A stretch of DNA of 64,000 nt, taken from assembly GCA_964016885.1 (NCBI GenBank), contig OZ024762.1, forward strand, positions 186,001-250,000, in the 5' to 3' direction. A program made the translations under genes and the position numbers. The notes under the pieces are model-generated. The model searched no databases and was not told the origin of the DNA. It saw only the letters and a list, made by a program, of their open reading frames with translations. The DNA is from Eledone cirrhosa (lineage: Eukaryota). Shown here in pieces: positions 1 to 13,145 of this stretch (position 1 is the first letter of the stretch; each line of letters starts with the position of its first letter).

Positions 1-189
1 TAGTCCATTAAAAATAAATGTGTCAATATTATCATCAGAGCCTATATATATATAGGAAAAGATTGGATCTCAGCCGTCGGGGTCCTGACTCTTTTCCTAT
101 TACCCACTCTACTACCCTAAGTATTGAGTACTCTGATCCACCTGGTATCTTACCACACCTTCTTTGTTATATATAAATGTATATATATG

Positions 190-236
<47 letters not shown>

Positions 237-781
237 AAAGTAAGGTTTTTTTTTGTTATGTCCCACATGGGTAAAAATATAAGGAAAAGAAATTGAAAAT
301 GCAACTGAAGTCTTTTAAGAATATTTATTTACTTTACCAGTTTCAGAAACACAAACCCTGTGTGTATATATGAAACACTTGAATCACCTCCACCACCACC
401 ATATCAACCACCATCACCATAATCACCACCACCCCCACTACCATCACCACCACCACCACCATATCAACCACCATCACCATAATCACCACCACCACCATCA
501 TTGACACTTGTTGCTGTTATTTGAAAATTGTGGTGGTGTTGTTGTTGTTGTATTTATGTCCCAGTTGCCTAGCGCCTGTTTTATGGCTTAAAACAACAGT
601 GAAATCCGCTTAGAACAACAACAACAACACAACCACCACACCATCACCGCCACTACACCACAACTACACCATCACCACCACTACACCACCACCCAACGCC
701 ACCACCACAACACCACACCACCACCACACCACCACCACCACCACACCAACACCACCACCAATATACTACAGCTCTACTTAC

Positions 782-909
782 AAGTTGTTCTACCAAAGGT
801 GTCATCTGAAGCTGTTGTCTTCTTAATCTTGTGAGAACTGACTTCAAGTTTGGAACCAGTTCCACTGTAGTTCATTTCTTGTCTCTCTCTTTCAGTCATT
901 TTCTGGAAC
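782..909 (-). CDS. INTS13: Probable INTS13 exon in the poorly conserved linker: FQKMTERERQEMNYSGTGSKLEVSSHKIKKTTASDDTFGRTT
   Basis: Acceptor atttctag|G and donor T|gtaagt, 128 nt. The frame is open and phase-compatible with the preceding exon (AA+G = Lys). Sequence conservation is weak. Confidence 0.8.
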
Positions 910-1112
910 CTAGAAATATAGAATTATAGAAATATTCTTGTGTCAAAGACATAGCAACCTCTCCTGTGTATTTGGTAGAATGTGAGACCATATGTAAGCA
1001 AGATAACAGATCTCTGGCCTGTCTCAGAGGCCAGTAGCTCCACACCAGTACTGACTTGTCGATGAAGAAGACCTGCCCAACTCTTGTTAGCAGGAAAAGC
1101 TAAATTAAATTA

Positions 1113-1191
<79 letters not shown>

Positions 1192-1843
1192 CTGACAGTC
1201 CAATAGATAGTTAGATAGACAGAGACAGACAGATAGATAGATATACAGAGAGATAGATAGTCAGACTGACAGACAAGTCAGACAGACAGAAGTGAATGTG
1301 TGTATGTTCCAAGATTTGTAGGCCACAGTTGTTGCATGAAATCAGCTGAAATTTCGCATAAAAGCACATTTTTTTTCAAGAATCTCTCCCATAATTTCTA
1401 CAGAACTAAGAATATCCTCTAACCCTGAGGCAATCCAAGAGATATTGGGGAAATGTTACTGATTAGAAAAATAATTCATTTACAGTAATTATGCAAATTA
1501 ACACTGAGAAAAGAAAAAAAGTATGTTTTGTCAAAAATATTTAAATAAAACATTCTTTTGGGGCAGAAAAATCTTAGATTGCGACAAAATATGAAGTAAA
1601 ATGTAAAAATATCAACTGTCTTGTTTTTGTTTGCCTTTTCTCTAGTTTTCACTCCTTTATTTCTAACTGACACGTACCTCTGAAATATGTATAATAAAAT
1701 TTAATTGATCACAAGAACATCTATTTTATTAATATTTGAATTTAATATTATATTAATAACTCTGGAAAATATTTTTCTGTAGAGTGCTTCCAATCTACTG
1801 TAAAACTCATTCTTTGATGTACTCATTGAATCTTGTTTAACTC

Positions 1844-1885
<42 letters not shown>

Positions 1886-2028
1886 TTACATGGAAATGGA
1901 TGTTAAACAATGATGATATATACATATATATATATATATATATGTGCCCAAATCAGAAATTATTATTATTATCATTTAACATGTAATTAACAGCAGATAA
2001 TTCAATTAATATCAAACTCTGTACATAC

Positions 2029-2253
2029 TTGTCAAATTCTTTCCATCCTTGATCCGACTCCGATGAATCCAGTTTGTCCTTGGAGAAAGCTTTGTCTGCA
2101 GTTCTCTTTGGAGACGGCAAAGTTCTGGAATCTTCTGAAGGTTTCCTGCGGTCAAGGAGACATTCGAGGACTTTCTCGTGCATCGGAGATGAATCTGAGT
2201 AACAGCGAATCAGGGTTTCAAGTTCATTCCAAAACTGTCGGTACTGCTCCTCC
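2029..2253 (-). CDS. INTS13: INTS13 exon: EEQYRQFWNELETLIRCYSDSSPMHEKVLECLLDRRKPSEDSRTLPSPKRTADKAFSKDKLDSSESDQGWKEFD(K)
   Basis: Acceptor ctatccctag|G and donor AA|gtatgt, 225 nt. Matches human DEQYRIMWNELETLVRAH...HQRVLECL. Confidence 0.95.
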
Positions 2254-2421
2254 CTAGGGATAGAAAAACAACAGAGTTTCAAGGACAGAACAGAGAGGTA
2301 AGGGATTGTATTTTAGTTGATTGTATTTTTCTTTGATGTTTATTCACTAAGTGTTGTGTGTGTGTGGGGGGGGGGGGGTGCCACTTGACACTTTTCAGGG
2401 CCTCTGAGATTGGTAGGAGGG

Positions 2422-2880
2422 AAACAGATCTGTACAGTAAGTGTTAAACAGGTCTGTAGAGTAAATGTTAAACAGGTCTGTAGAGTAAATGTTAAACAGG
2501 TCTGTACGGTAAGTGTTAAACAGGTCTGTACAGTAAGTGTTAAACAGATCTATACCATAAGTATTAAAAAGGTCTGTACAGTAAGTGTAAAACATATATA
2601 TACATATATATATATATATATACAGTAAATATTAAACAGGTCCATCTGTTAAACAGATGTATACAGTAAGTGTAAAAACACATCTATAGAGTAAGTGTAA
2701 AAATACATCAGTACAGTAAATGTTAAACAAATCTATACATCTGTGCAGTAAGTGTTATACAGATCTATACAGTAAGTGTTAAACAGATATGTATATATAC
2801 ACAGTAAGTGTTAAACATATCTGTACAGTAAGTGTTAAACACATCTGTAGAGTAAGTGTTAACCAGATCTGTACATCTGT
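2422..2880 (+). repeat. 24-bp minisatellite (TGTTAAACAGGTCTGTACAGTAAG)
   Basis: Direct tandem units, seen as 8-aa periodicity VKQVCTVS. Confidence 0.9.
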
Positions 2881-3043
2881 AGCGTAATAAAGACATCTGT
2901 GATGAATGACTGAGAAAAGTTACGGACAGCAGTGAAGAGAGTGTAAACATGGAAATCAATATGTTGAGATATTGATCAATTATAGGAGGAGGAGGAGATA
3001 TTGGCAATGGGAGGAAAATACAGCACTTGGCAGAAGGGAACAG

Positions 3044-3082
<39 letters not shown>

Positions 3083-3139
3083 TATATATATATAGAGAGA
3101 GATATAGATAGATAGATAGATAGATATGTATATATACAT

Positions 3140-3182
<43 letters not shown>

Positions 3183-3227
3183 TAGATAGATGGATGGATA
3201 GATATGTATATATACACACACACACAC

Positions 3228-3270
<43 letters not shown>

Positions 3271-4166
3271 GCTATGCCAAGAAAGAGAGAGAAGGTGTTG
3301 AGGGGTAGAGAGGGAGAGTAAGGAGAGAAAAGATAGAGATAGTGAAAGAGCAGAAGCAGAGAAAAATACACAAATATATTATATATATATATACCACTGT
3401 CACATTTTCCCTATCTCTCTCTATATATATATATAGAGAGAGAGAGAGAGACTGAGAGAGAGAGAGAGAGAGTGAGTGAGTGCGACAGAGAGAGTGAGAG
3501 AGAGAGAGAGAGATAGGTAGATAGTGAAAGAAATATATACATATATAAGTGAGTATATGTAGAGAGGGGGGGGGGGGTAGTTGTGTCTTCAGCAGATAAA
3601 CTACTATAGAGAGGTACTAAAGTCTTCCAGTCAAACTGTTCAGTTACTTAAGACAACCAAACAGCCTTTTACATCAATCAATATACAAATACTGTGTATA
3701 TATAGTGGTGGTGGTGGTGACAGTGTGTGTAGTGGTGGTGGTGGTGGTGGTGACAGTGTGTGTAGTGGTGGTGGTGGTGGTGGTGGTGGTGACAGCATGT
3801 GTAGTGGTGGTGGTGACAGTGTGTGTAGCGGGGGGGGGGGGGGGGGCAGCAGGTGTACTGGTGGGGGACAGTGTGTGTAGTGCGTGGGGGGGGGAGCAGT
3901 GTATGTAGTGGTGGTGGTGGAGATGGTGGTGACAGTGTATGTAGTGGTGGTGGTGGTGACAGTGTGTGTATGTAGTGGTGGTAGTGGTAGTAGTGGTGGT
4001 AGTGGTGCCACAGCATTACAATGTAAGTTGGCTTTCCTGATGATTTCCTTCAAATGAAACAGTTCTAGTCCTGTAGAAGCAATTTCTATATTAAATTTGT
4101 TGTTTACACTCTACTAATGTTTTGAGTACCTTACTTACTGTGGCTACCCTGACTGAACCCGGGACT

Positions 4167-4197
<31 letters not shown>

Positions 4198-4368
4198 ACA
4201 TATATATGTATATATATATATATATATGTAAACAATGAGTTATTTGGTTTGTTGATTATTCAACAAAGTTAATTTACAACAGATTAGAAGCACTCAACGG
4301 TTTTTATCTGGAGCATCATTAATATCAATAATATTAATAAATGGAAAATATCTTTATTAAATCATATT

Positions 4369-4429
4369 TATTTTATTATACGTATTTCAAAGGTACTAAT
4401 ATTTTAGTACACTTTCGTCAGATGAAATA
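4369..4429 (-). ncRNA. Type I hammerhead ribozyme motif (Penelope-like element associated), sense to INTS13 intron
   Basis: Minus strand reads TATTTCAT-CTGACGA-AAGTGTACTAAAATATTAGTACCTTT-GAAA-TACGTA-TA-ATAAAATA. Core intact, stem I 7/8 bp, long stem II, palindromic stem III. Confidence 0.75.
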
Positions 4430-4527
4430 CAATAATTGGTGTAAAGATAGTGACATATCTTCATGTGAACTTAATGGTATAAGTTCAGTGAAGATAGTAT
4501 ATATATATATAGATAGATATATATATA

Positions 4528-4589
<62 letters not shown>

Positions 4590-5970
4590 AAATTGATAAG
4601 CGAAAACTCACACCCAGGGAAATTTCACAGCAATAACGCTACAAATCTATAAAAATCTTGTCAGCAAAAACATCCTACATGGATATGTTGCCAGGAAGCT
4701 CCAGAGTGAGAGATAGATAAGGAAAGTAGTCCACCTTGGACCAACAACTGCCATATTGGCTCCCACTTTGAAGGGTGCACTTTTGTAATCCAAGAACAGG
4801 AAATCAGCACAAAATACCTGATTCACAAAAGAGATGTCACCCACGTCATAAGCAGGTGTCCAAAGATGTCATCAAGGTACTATGTACCTATGAGGTAGGT
4901 GGTGGAAGTAGTAGTACTAATGGTGGTGGTAGTAGTAGTAGTGGTGGTGGTGGTGGTGTTGGTGGTGATAGTGGTAGTAGTAGTGGTGGTGGTGGTGGTG
5001 GTAGTGGTCAAATTTCTATATTTAATCAATTAATATTCATTTTAAACGAGGACCAAAGATTTTAATTTAGAAAATTAATCACAAGATTTATTTTACGACA
5101 TTTTTACTCCAAAAATTTACATTTTTTAAATCTTTTCTTTTCAATAATTAAATATATTTTTTTAATTCTATCTGAAGATTAAGTAAAATTTTAAATATAA
5201 CCTGGTGGTGGTGGCGGTGGTGGTAGTGGTGGTAGTGATGGTGATGGTGGTGGTGGTGGAGGTGATGGTAGTGGTGGTAGTAATGGTGGTAGTAATGGTG
5301 GTAGTGGTGGTAGTGGTAATACTGGTTGTGGTGGTGGTGATGGTGTTGGTAGTGATGGTAGTAATGGTGATGGTGGTGATGGTAGTAATGGTGGGGGTGG
5401 TGGTGGTGGTAGTGATGGTAGTATTGGTGGTAGTGGTGGTGGTGTTGGTAGTGATGGTAGTAATGGTGGTGGTGGTGGTAGTGGTAATGGTGGTGGTGGT
5501 GGTAGTGGTAATACTGGTTGTGGTGGTGGTGGTGTTGGTGGTGTTGGTAGTGATGGTAGTAATGGTGGTGGTGATGGTGTTGGTAGTGATGGTAGTAATG
5601 GTGGTGGTGGTAGTGGTGGTAGTAGTAGTGGTGGTGGTTGTATTTGAATTAAAACAACTCATAGATTAGTTCTATCTCTTAAGAGAGAACAAGAACAACA
5701 GGAAGTGAGGAGTAGTATGAGGAAGAGAATACAAAGAGCAAAAGACAATGACTATGACAATGATGGGGAGGAGGAAGAGGATGACAATATTTTCTATCTA
5801 TCTGTTTGTTATTTTAGTTAATATGTTTTACTTTACTTCATATTTTGTTTATTGACAGATACAACAACAACAACAACAACAACGAATAAAATAATAAATA
5901 AATTTTTTTAAAAAGAACAGAAAGTAAACCCTAACAAAACATCTAAAGACCATAAACCTGTGTTCCTCAC

Positions 5971-6128
5971 CTTTTAGGTCCTTTCCCTCTGGAGCCTGTG
6001 ACAGATGTCGGGAAGGGGTCATTTCTGCTCTCCATTTCAAGGATACTAGACATCACCTTTTGACATTCCTTCACATCATCACTATCAATTTTCTCCTTCA
6101 TAATCAGTGTTGGAAGGGGTTCGATTTG
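5971..6128 (-). CDS. INTS13: INTS13 exon: QIEPLPTLIMKEKIDSDDVKECQKVMSSILEMESRNDPFPTSVTGSRGKGPK(R)
   Basis: Acceptor ccaccaccag|CAA and donor AG|gtgagg, 158 nt. Contains the conserved MExxNDPxP...GxRGKGPKR motif. Confidence 0.94.
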
Positions 6129-6188
6129 CTGGTGGTGGCCAAGGTTGGAAAGGAAAGAAGTAGAATAATATAGTTAAGATTGATGTCT

Positions 6189-6231
<43 letters not shown>

Positions 6232-6618
6232 TATTACAGTAAAGACTTTAATATTTAATGTGATGTAGTCATAGTGTTGTTTTGTACTAAATGTTTATAG
6301 TATCTTTACTAGTGGACAGATTGTTGTGAAAATTTACAGTATTACAGTAAAGACTTTAATATTTAATATAATGCAGTCATAGTGTTGTTTTATATTACTC
6401 TAGAACGTCTGTGTTGAGCTGTGAGAATATGTTTGTCATGTAGAAATGTAGAAATCTCAGCACATTTGGCATCTTTCTTTATCACATATAATGTCTAGCT
6501 AAATGATACAGTTCTCTGCTGCTACATACATTCTATTCTCTCCATTTATGGTTTCATCTCTCTCTGGCATTGTATCACCTTCTCACAGGAACCTGAGACA
6601 GGTCAAGTCCATAGCTTG

Positions 6619-6668
<50 letters not shown>

Positions 6669-6756
6669 GCACATATATATATATACATATACATATAATC
6701 ATACATATATATTTATATATACAATTTATATATAAATGTACATAAATATATATATA

Positions 6757-6796
<40 letters not shown>

Positions 6797-6819
6797 AATA
6801 TATATACATATATACATAA

Positions 6820-6866
<47 letters not shown>

Positions 6867-7332
6867 TCAATACACTCACTAATACACACCAATAAACATT
6901 CATAAACCTACATACACACAAATGAACCGTGAAACAATAGAAAAACTGTGTTCGTTATTAATTGAAATGAAAAGTTTTTTAATCAAGCGAAAGGTTTGGA
7001 GACAATTAATGAATAACGGATTTAGCTTCTTCTTCTTCTTCTTTAGCTTCTTGTAACTTCTTTGCCTTCTTCTTCTTGGTGGTAGAGAGAGTGGTGGTAG
7101 TAGTAGTAGTAATAGTAACAGCAGTAGTAGTAGTAGTAGTAATAATAGTATAGGTGGTAGTAGTAGTAGTAACAATAGTATAGGTGGTAGTAGTAGTAGT
7201 AGTAGTAACAGCAGCAGTAATAGTAACAGCAGTAGTAGTAGTAGTAGTAACAATAATATAGTAGTAGTAGTAGTATAGGTGGTAGTAATAGTACTAACAG
7301 TAGTATAGGTAGTAGTGGTAGTGGTCACTTAC

Positions 7333-7409
7333 CTGCCTCATATTCAGTATTAGTGTATCACTGATAACCATCGGCCAATATCTGGTCAGTCTTTCAATGT
7401 GTTTCTTGG
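7333..7409 (-). CDS. INTS13: INTS13 exon: (A)KKHIERLTRYWPMVISDTLILNMRQ
   Basis: Acceptor cactgtccag|CC and donor CAG|gtaagt, 77 nt. Contains the conserved TRYWPMxISxT motif. Confidence 0.94.
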
Positions 7410-7416
7410 CTGGACA

Positions 7417-8069
7417 GTGGTATTGGTGGTAGTATCGGTGGTGGTATTGGTGGTAGTATCGGTGGTATTAGTGGTAGTATCGGTGGTGGTATTAGTGGTA
7501 GTATCGGTGGTGGTATTGGTGGTAGTATCGGTGGTAGTATCGGTGGTATTGGTGGTATCGGTGGTGGTATTGGTGGTAGTATCGGTGGTGGTATTGGTGG
7601 TAGTATCGGTGGTGGTATTAGTGGTAGTATCGGTGGTGGTATTGGTGGTAGTATCGGTGGTAGTATCGGTGGTATTGGTGGTAGTATCGATGGTGGTATT
7701 GGTGGTAGTATCGGTGGTAGTATCGGTGGTATTGGTGGTAGTATCGATGGTGGTATTGGTGGTAGTATCGGTGGTGGTATTGGTGGTAGTATCGGTGGTA
7801 GTATCGATGGTAGTATCGATGGTGGTATTGGTGGTAGTATCGGTGGTATTGGTGGTATCGGTGGTATTGGTGATAGTATCGGTGGTGGTATTGGTGGTAG
7901 TATCAGTGGTATTGATGGTAGTATCGGTGGTAGTATTGGTGGTATTGGTGGTAGTATTGGTGGTGGTATTGGTGGTAGTATTGGTGGTGGTATCGGTGGT
8001 ATTGGTGGTAGTATCGGTGGTATTGATGGTAGTATCGGTGGTGGTATTGGTGGTGGTAGTAGTAGTAGT
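7417..8069 (+). repeat. Compound GGT/AGT/ATC/ATT minisatellite abutting an INTS13 acceptor
   Basis: GGTGGTAGTATC-GGTGGT(GGT)ATT units. Confidence 0.9.
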
Positions 8070-8374
8070 AAGAGGTAAGAGAAACAACAACATTAATACC
8101 AACAACAATGGTTTTCTAATTTAAGCAGAAAGCCAACAATTTGGGTGGTATGGAGGGAGGGAAGGGGATGTTGATTATATGGACCCCAGTACAGAACTGG
8201 TATTTGATATATTATTGAAAACCCACACCCTGTTCACTTTGATGTCATGACAATAAACACCCAGTCTGTCCTTTGAGGAGCAAGACATGGTCATGTGACC
8301 TGTCTGGTCCTCATAACATGACAGTCAAACCCATGCAAGCATGGAAAACAGATGTTAAACTGATGACGGAAATA

Positions 8375-8570
8375 TTTTAACACAAGGCCATCAATTAAGG
8401 GGGGTAATTAATTCGACCCTAGTATTTTACTGGTACTTTAGTATATCGACTTCTGGAAGGATGGCAGACAAAGTCGACCTCTGTGGGATTTGAACTCAGA
8501 ACATAAAGAGCTGTAAGTAATACCCCAAAGCATTTGATCGATGCTCTACCAATTCTGCCAATCTACCAAG
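8375..8570 (-). mobile_element. Diverged SINE related to family A (degenerate relative also at ~49760-49880 +)
   Basis: CTGGTACTTTA..TATCGAC...GAAGGATG...AAAGTCGACCTC...GGATTTGAACTCAGAAC. Confidence 0.7.
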
Positions 8571-8600
8571 GTGCTAATGGTGATCATAAAACTAACTTAC

Positions 8601-8688
8601 CTCTCTGCATTGGTAGAAGTATTGAATCAGGACTGGGAACTGTTGTAATAGGAGCCAACCGGTTTTCTTTCATGAATTCACCAAAGTC
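8601..8688 (-). CDS. INTS13: INTS13 exon: DFGEFMKENRLAPITTVPSPDSILLPMQR
   Basis: Acceptor ctccaatgaag|GAC (AAG type) and donor G|gtaagt, 88 nt. Contains the conserved DFGEFMxENRLxP motif. Confidence 0.94.
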
Positions 8689-8903
8689 CTTCATTGGAGA
8701 AGAGAAGAAGAAAAGCTCTCAGATAGAAAAATATAAAATAACAACCATATTATGGATGACAAAAGAATAAGACAATACAACAGGATGATTTCATACAATT
8801 GAAACAGTTCTAGTCCTGAAGTTGTTTCAATATAAAACATGTCTATAATCTACTAATGTAATGAGTAAGTTTTTAACTATGGTCACCTCCCAATACCAAT
8901 AAT

Positions 8904-8938
<35 letters not shown>

Positions 8939-9024
8939 CTGTGTGTGTGTGTATGTGTATGTGTGTGCAAACATTGAAAAACAGACATAAAAATTATGAT
9001 ATAAATATAAATATAAATATATAT

Positions 9025-9276
9025 CTTGAGCAAGACACTTTATTTCACATTGCTCCAGTTTACTCAGCTGTAGAAATGAGATGATAGGGACAGGGGTCCA
9101 TATCATTCCACTGCAAAGTGGACGTGGAGGTGCCATGACAAAAAAGCACCCAGCACTCACTGTAAATGAGGTTGGTGTTAGGAAGGGCATCCAGCTGTAG
9201 AAATCAAGCCAGAATCAGTTCTCGTCCCACCCTTGCAAGCAGGGAAAAGCGGACGTAAAATGATGATGATGATGAT
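9025..9276 (+). mobile_element. 5'-truncated copy of the RTE-tailed SINE
   Basis: High identity to 13910-14161. Confidence 0.88.
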
Positions 9277-9281
9277 ATTGA

Positions 9282-9333
<52 letters not shown>

Positions 9334-9377
9334 GCTAGCATGGAAAGATGGATGTTAAATGGTGATGATGATAATGA

Positions 9378-9568
9378 TAATTGTTTTTACTTTTAGGCAC
9401 AAGGCCAGCAATTACCCAGTGTATTACTGGTACTTTATTTCATCGACCCCGTAAGGATGAAAGGCAAAGTCAACCTCGGCGGGATTTGAACTCAGAATGG
9501 CAAGGGCCGTAACTCTATGCACCAAAGCATGGTGTCTGACCCTCTACCGATACTGCCAATCCACCGCC
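9378..9568 (-). mobile_element. SINE family A, inverted relative to 10554-10740
   Basis: Reverse complement aligns along the full length of 10554-10740. Confidence 0.85.
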
Positions 9569-9590
9569 CTTGATGATGATAATGATAATG

Positions 9591-9655
<65 letters not shown>

Positions 9656-10130
9656 CACATGTAAACATACATGCTACATCTCTAACTGTAGAGCCCTGCA
9701 GCAATAATTATATACATCAACTGCAATAAATTTGCATAAAGCCAGTTCTATACACATAAAGACAGTTGCTGTTAACGAGGTGAAATTTATTGTTGTGTCT
9801 ATTTACTGAGTTAAAACATCCATCAACATACACTACTACTACTACTACCATTACTACTACTACCACTACTACTGCCACTACTACTACTACTACTACCTAT
9901 ACCACTACTACCACTACTACTACTACCTATACCACTACTACTACCTATACTACTACTACTTCCACCACAACTACTACCTATACCACTACTACTACTACCT
10001 ATACCACTACTACTACTTCCACCACAACTACTACCTATACCACTACTACCACTAAGAGAAAGATCACAAATTTGAAGCCCCTTATATTCTGGAGATATGG
10101 TCAATATAGGACCTTGAAACATTGGATAGC

Positions 10131-10219
<89 letters not shown>

Positions 10220-10419
10220 TGTGTGCAGAAAGTTCAGTAAGTCCGAGGAAAACTGGTGAGAGAAGCAAAGTTAGCACTCAATACAGAACAGAGTGTATAT
10301 AATCAGAAGTGTATATAATCAGAAGTGTATATAATAAGTGTATATAATAATAAGAAAGTGGAGAGGTTTTATAGGAGACTTATTGGTTGGTCCACAGATT
10401 TGATGTGATTTTTGTTAAC

Positions 10420-10510
10420 ACTAGTCTGAGGATCAGGCATTCTTGGAGTCTGGTCTGGGGTGGCCAACCCAGATCACGAGCCAGCTGCTTGAGAAACATT
10501 TTTAACCAGG
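10420..10510 (+). ncRNA. Degenerate hammerhead-like motif with extended stem II inside an inverted-repeat element
   Basis: CTGAGGA-TCAGGCA...TGCTTGA-GAAA gives a 7-bp stem II with an inner GTCTGGG/CCCAGAT hairpin. Stems I and III are imperfect. Flanked by inverted repeats 10355-10385 and 10517-10547. Confidence 0.45.
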
Positions 10511-10553
10511 ATTGAGCAATAAATCTCCTATGTAACACCTCCACTTTGTTCTT

Positions 10554-10740
10554 GGTGGATTGGCAGTATCGGTAGAGGTTCGGACGTCATGCTTTCACGC
10601 ATAGAGTTACGGTCCTTGCCATTCTGAGTTCAAATCCCGCCGAGGTTATCTTTGCCTTTCATCCTTACGGGGTCGATAAAATAAAGTACCAGTAATGTAC
10701 TGGGTAATTTCTGGCCTTGTGCCAATAGTAGAAACAATTA
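10554..10740 (+). mobile_element. tRNA-derived SINE family A
   Basis: TGGCAGTATCGG A-box-like segment, GAGTTCAAATCC B box, central GCCTTTCATCCTTACGGGGTCGATAAAATAAAGTACCAG, and tail GTAGAAACAATTA. Confidence 0.85.
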
Positions 10741-10828
10741 TATATATATATATGTATATATATGTATATATATATATATATATATCAAGTATAAAATAAA
10801 TAAATATAAATTATAAAGACAAACGCAC

Positions 10829-11007
10829 GGTGATTCTGTAGTCAGTAACTCTGCCACCACTGCCCTCACTGATGGAAGGAGGGTCTTCTAAGATTGACCG
10901 ACATATCGAGAGGGTGTGGATGAAGATTTCACCTCCATGACTGGCTAACATGTGAGATATGACCTTCGTACCAGACTTTCGAGGCTGCTCCAACATCACA
11001 GCACGAC
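10829..11007 (-). CDS. INTS13: INTS13 exon: (G)[59 protein letters not shown]
   Basis: Acceptor tatttccag|GT and donor ACC|gtgcgt, 179 nt. Nearly identical to the human [16 protein letters not shown]...[21 protein letters not shown] segment. Confidence 0.97.
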
Positions 11008-12189
11008 CTGGAAATAATGAAAGGAATATCATCTTATTATAGCTGACACCTCTGTGGGTTTAGCTGGCCCCCTAGATAGCTTTCTTGGGTGTTTCAATGA
11101 AAGGGACCCCAGTCCTATCATGTTGTTATTACAGCTCACACCTCTGTAGGTTTAGCTGGTCTCCTGCATGGTTGTATCTCATAGGAGGTTTCTTGAGTGT
11201 TTTAATGAAGGGGTCCCAAGTCACATACATACACACATACATACATACATACATACATACATACACATATATACATACATACACATACATACACACATAC
11301 ATACATACATACACACATACCTACATACATACATACCTACATACATATACATACACACATACATACATACACACATATATACCTACATACACACCTACAT
11401 ACATACCTACATATATATACACACAGACACACACCTAAACACATACACATATACACACAACACTCCTCCCAAATCACCCCACACCACCCCTGTAGGGTCA
11501 GGTCCCAATCTACCCAAGGTAAACTAAGGTAATACGAAGGGATTGATCAATTGATCATTTATTGATCTATTGATTTCACTGTCAACAGCAATGTCATTGA
11601 AATTACCTGCTAATTACCTGCTAATTACCTTAATCAAACAGACACAGAGACTCTCATACACACACACACACACTCTCTCATATACACACACACACACACA
11701 CACTCTCTCTCTCATACATACACATACACACTCACAGCCACACACACACACACTCTCTCTCATACATACACACACTCACTCACAGCCACACACATGCTAT
11801 CATGCTACAAACACACACACATGCTATGCATACACCTATACACACACACATACATGCTATACATATAACCATACATACATACATATATACATACTCACAC
11901 TCACACAACCACATACACACACACACATACTCACACTCACACAACCACATACACACACACACATGCTATATATATAACCACACACTATCCATCATATGTA
12001 AAGACATGCCAAACACGAAACTGTGAACATGCATACATTACAACTCACACACATATATATATACACACATATATTATATATATATATACACACATATATT
12101 ATATATATATATACACACATATATTATATATATATATATACACACATATATTATATAAATACACACATATATTATATATATACACACAC

Positions 12190-12238
<49 letters not shown>

Positions 12239-12281
12239 CACACACACATATATATATATATATACACACACACACATATAT

Positions 12282-12330
<49 letters not shown>

Positions 12331-12422
12331 TATATATATATACACACATATATATATATATATATACACACACATATATATATATATATACACACACACA
12401 TATATATATATACACACACTAC

Positions 12423-12487
<65 letters not shown>

Positions 12488-12793
12488 TGTAGACATGTCC
12501 AATGCTTGTTAGCAGAGAGAACGGATGTTAAACGATGATGATGATGATATGTACATGTATATGTATATATACGTGTCTGTGTGTCTGTATATATGTTGTG
12601 TGCCTCTGTGTGTGTAGGTATACACAGACACACACAGGCACACACAGACACACAGACACACACAGACACACACAGACGCACACACACACAGACACACACA
12701 CACGACATGTCAAACCCTTGTTAGCAGAGAAAATGGACGATAAATGATGATGATGATGTGTTTAAATGTAAATGTATATATATATATATATAT

Positions 12794-12858
12794 AGTGTCC
12801 CTCAAAATGTATACACATTTACGAGAATGCTGTTGAGGTGTGTATACATTTTTGGGAC

Positions 12859-12864
<6 letters not shown>
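12794..12864. mobile_element. Same ~80-bp MITE family
   Basis: GTGTCCCTCAAAATGTATACAC...GTGTATACATTTTTGGGACACCCT inside (TA)n. Confidence 0.78.
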
Positions 12865-12899
<35 letters not shown>

Positions 12900-13088
12900 G
12901 TCTTTCTACCTACCACCTCCACCTCCACCATTTTGTCCAACAATGCTGATACCAGCATTGTTTCTTAGTATTGCTTTCAACATGCTTACATACATGTATG
13001 TGTGTCTATATATATATATAGACGCATATATATATATATACATATATATATATAAGATACACACACACATATATATATGTGTGTGTAT

Positions 13089-13145
<57 letters not shown>

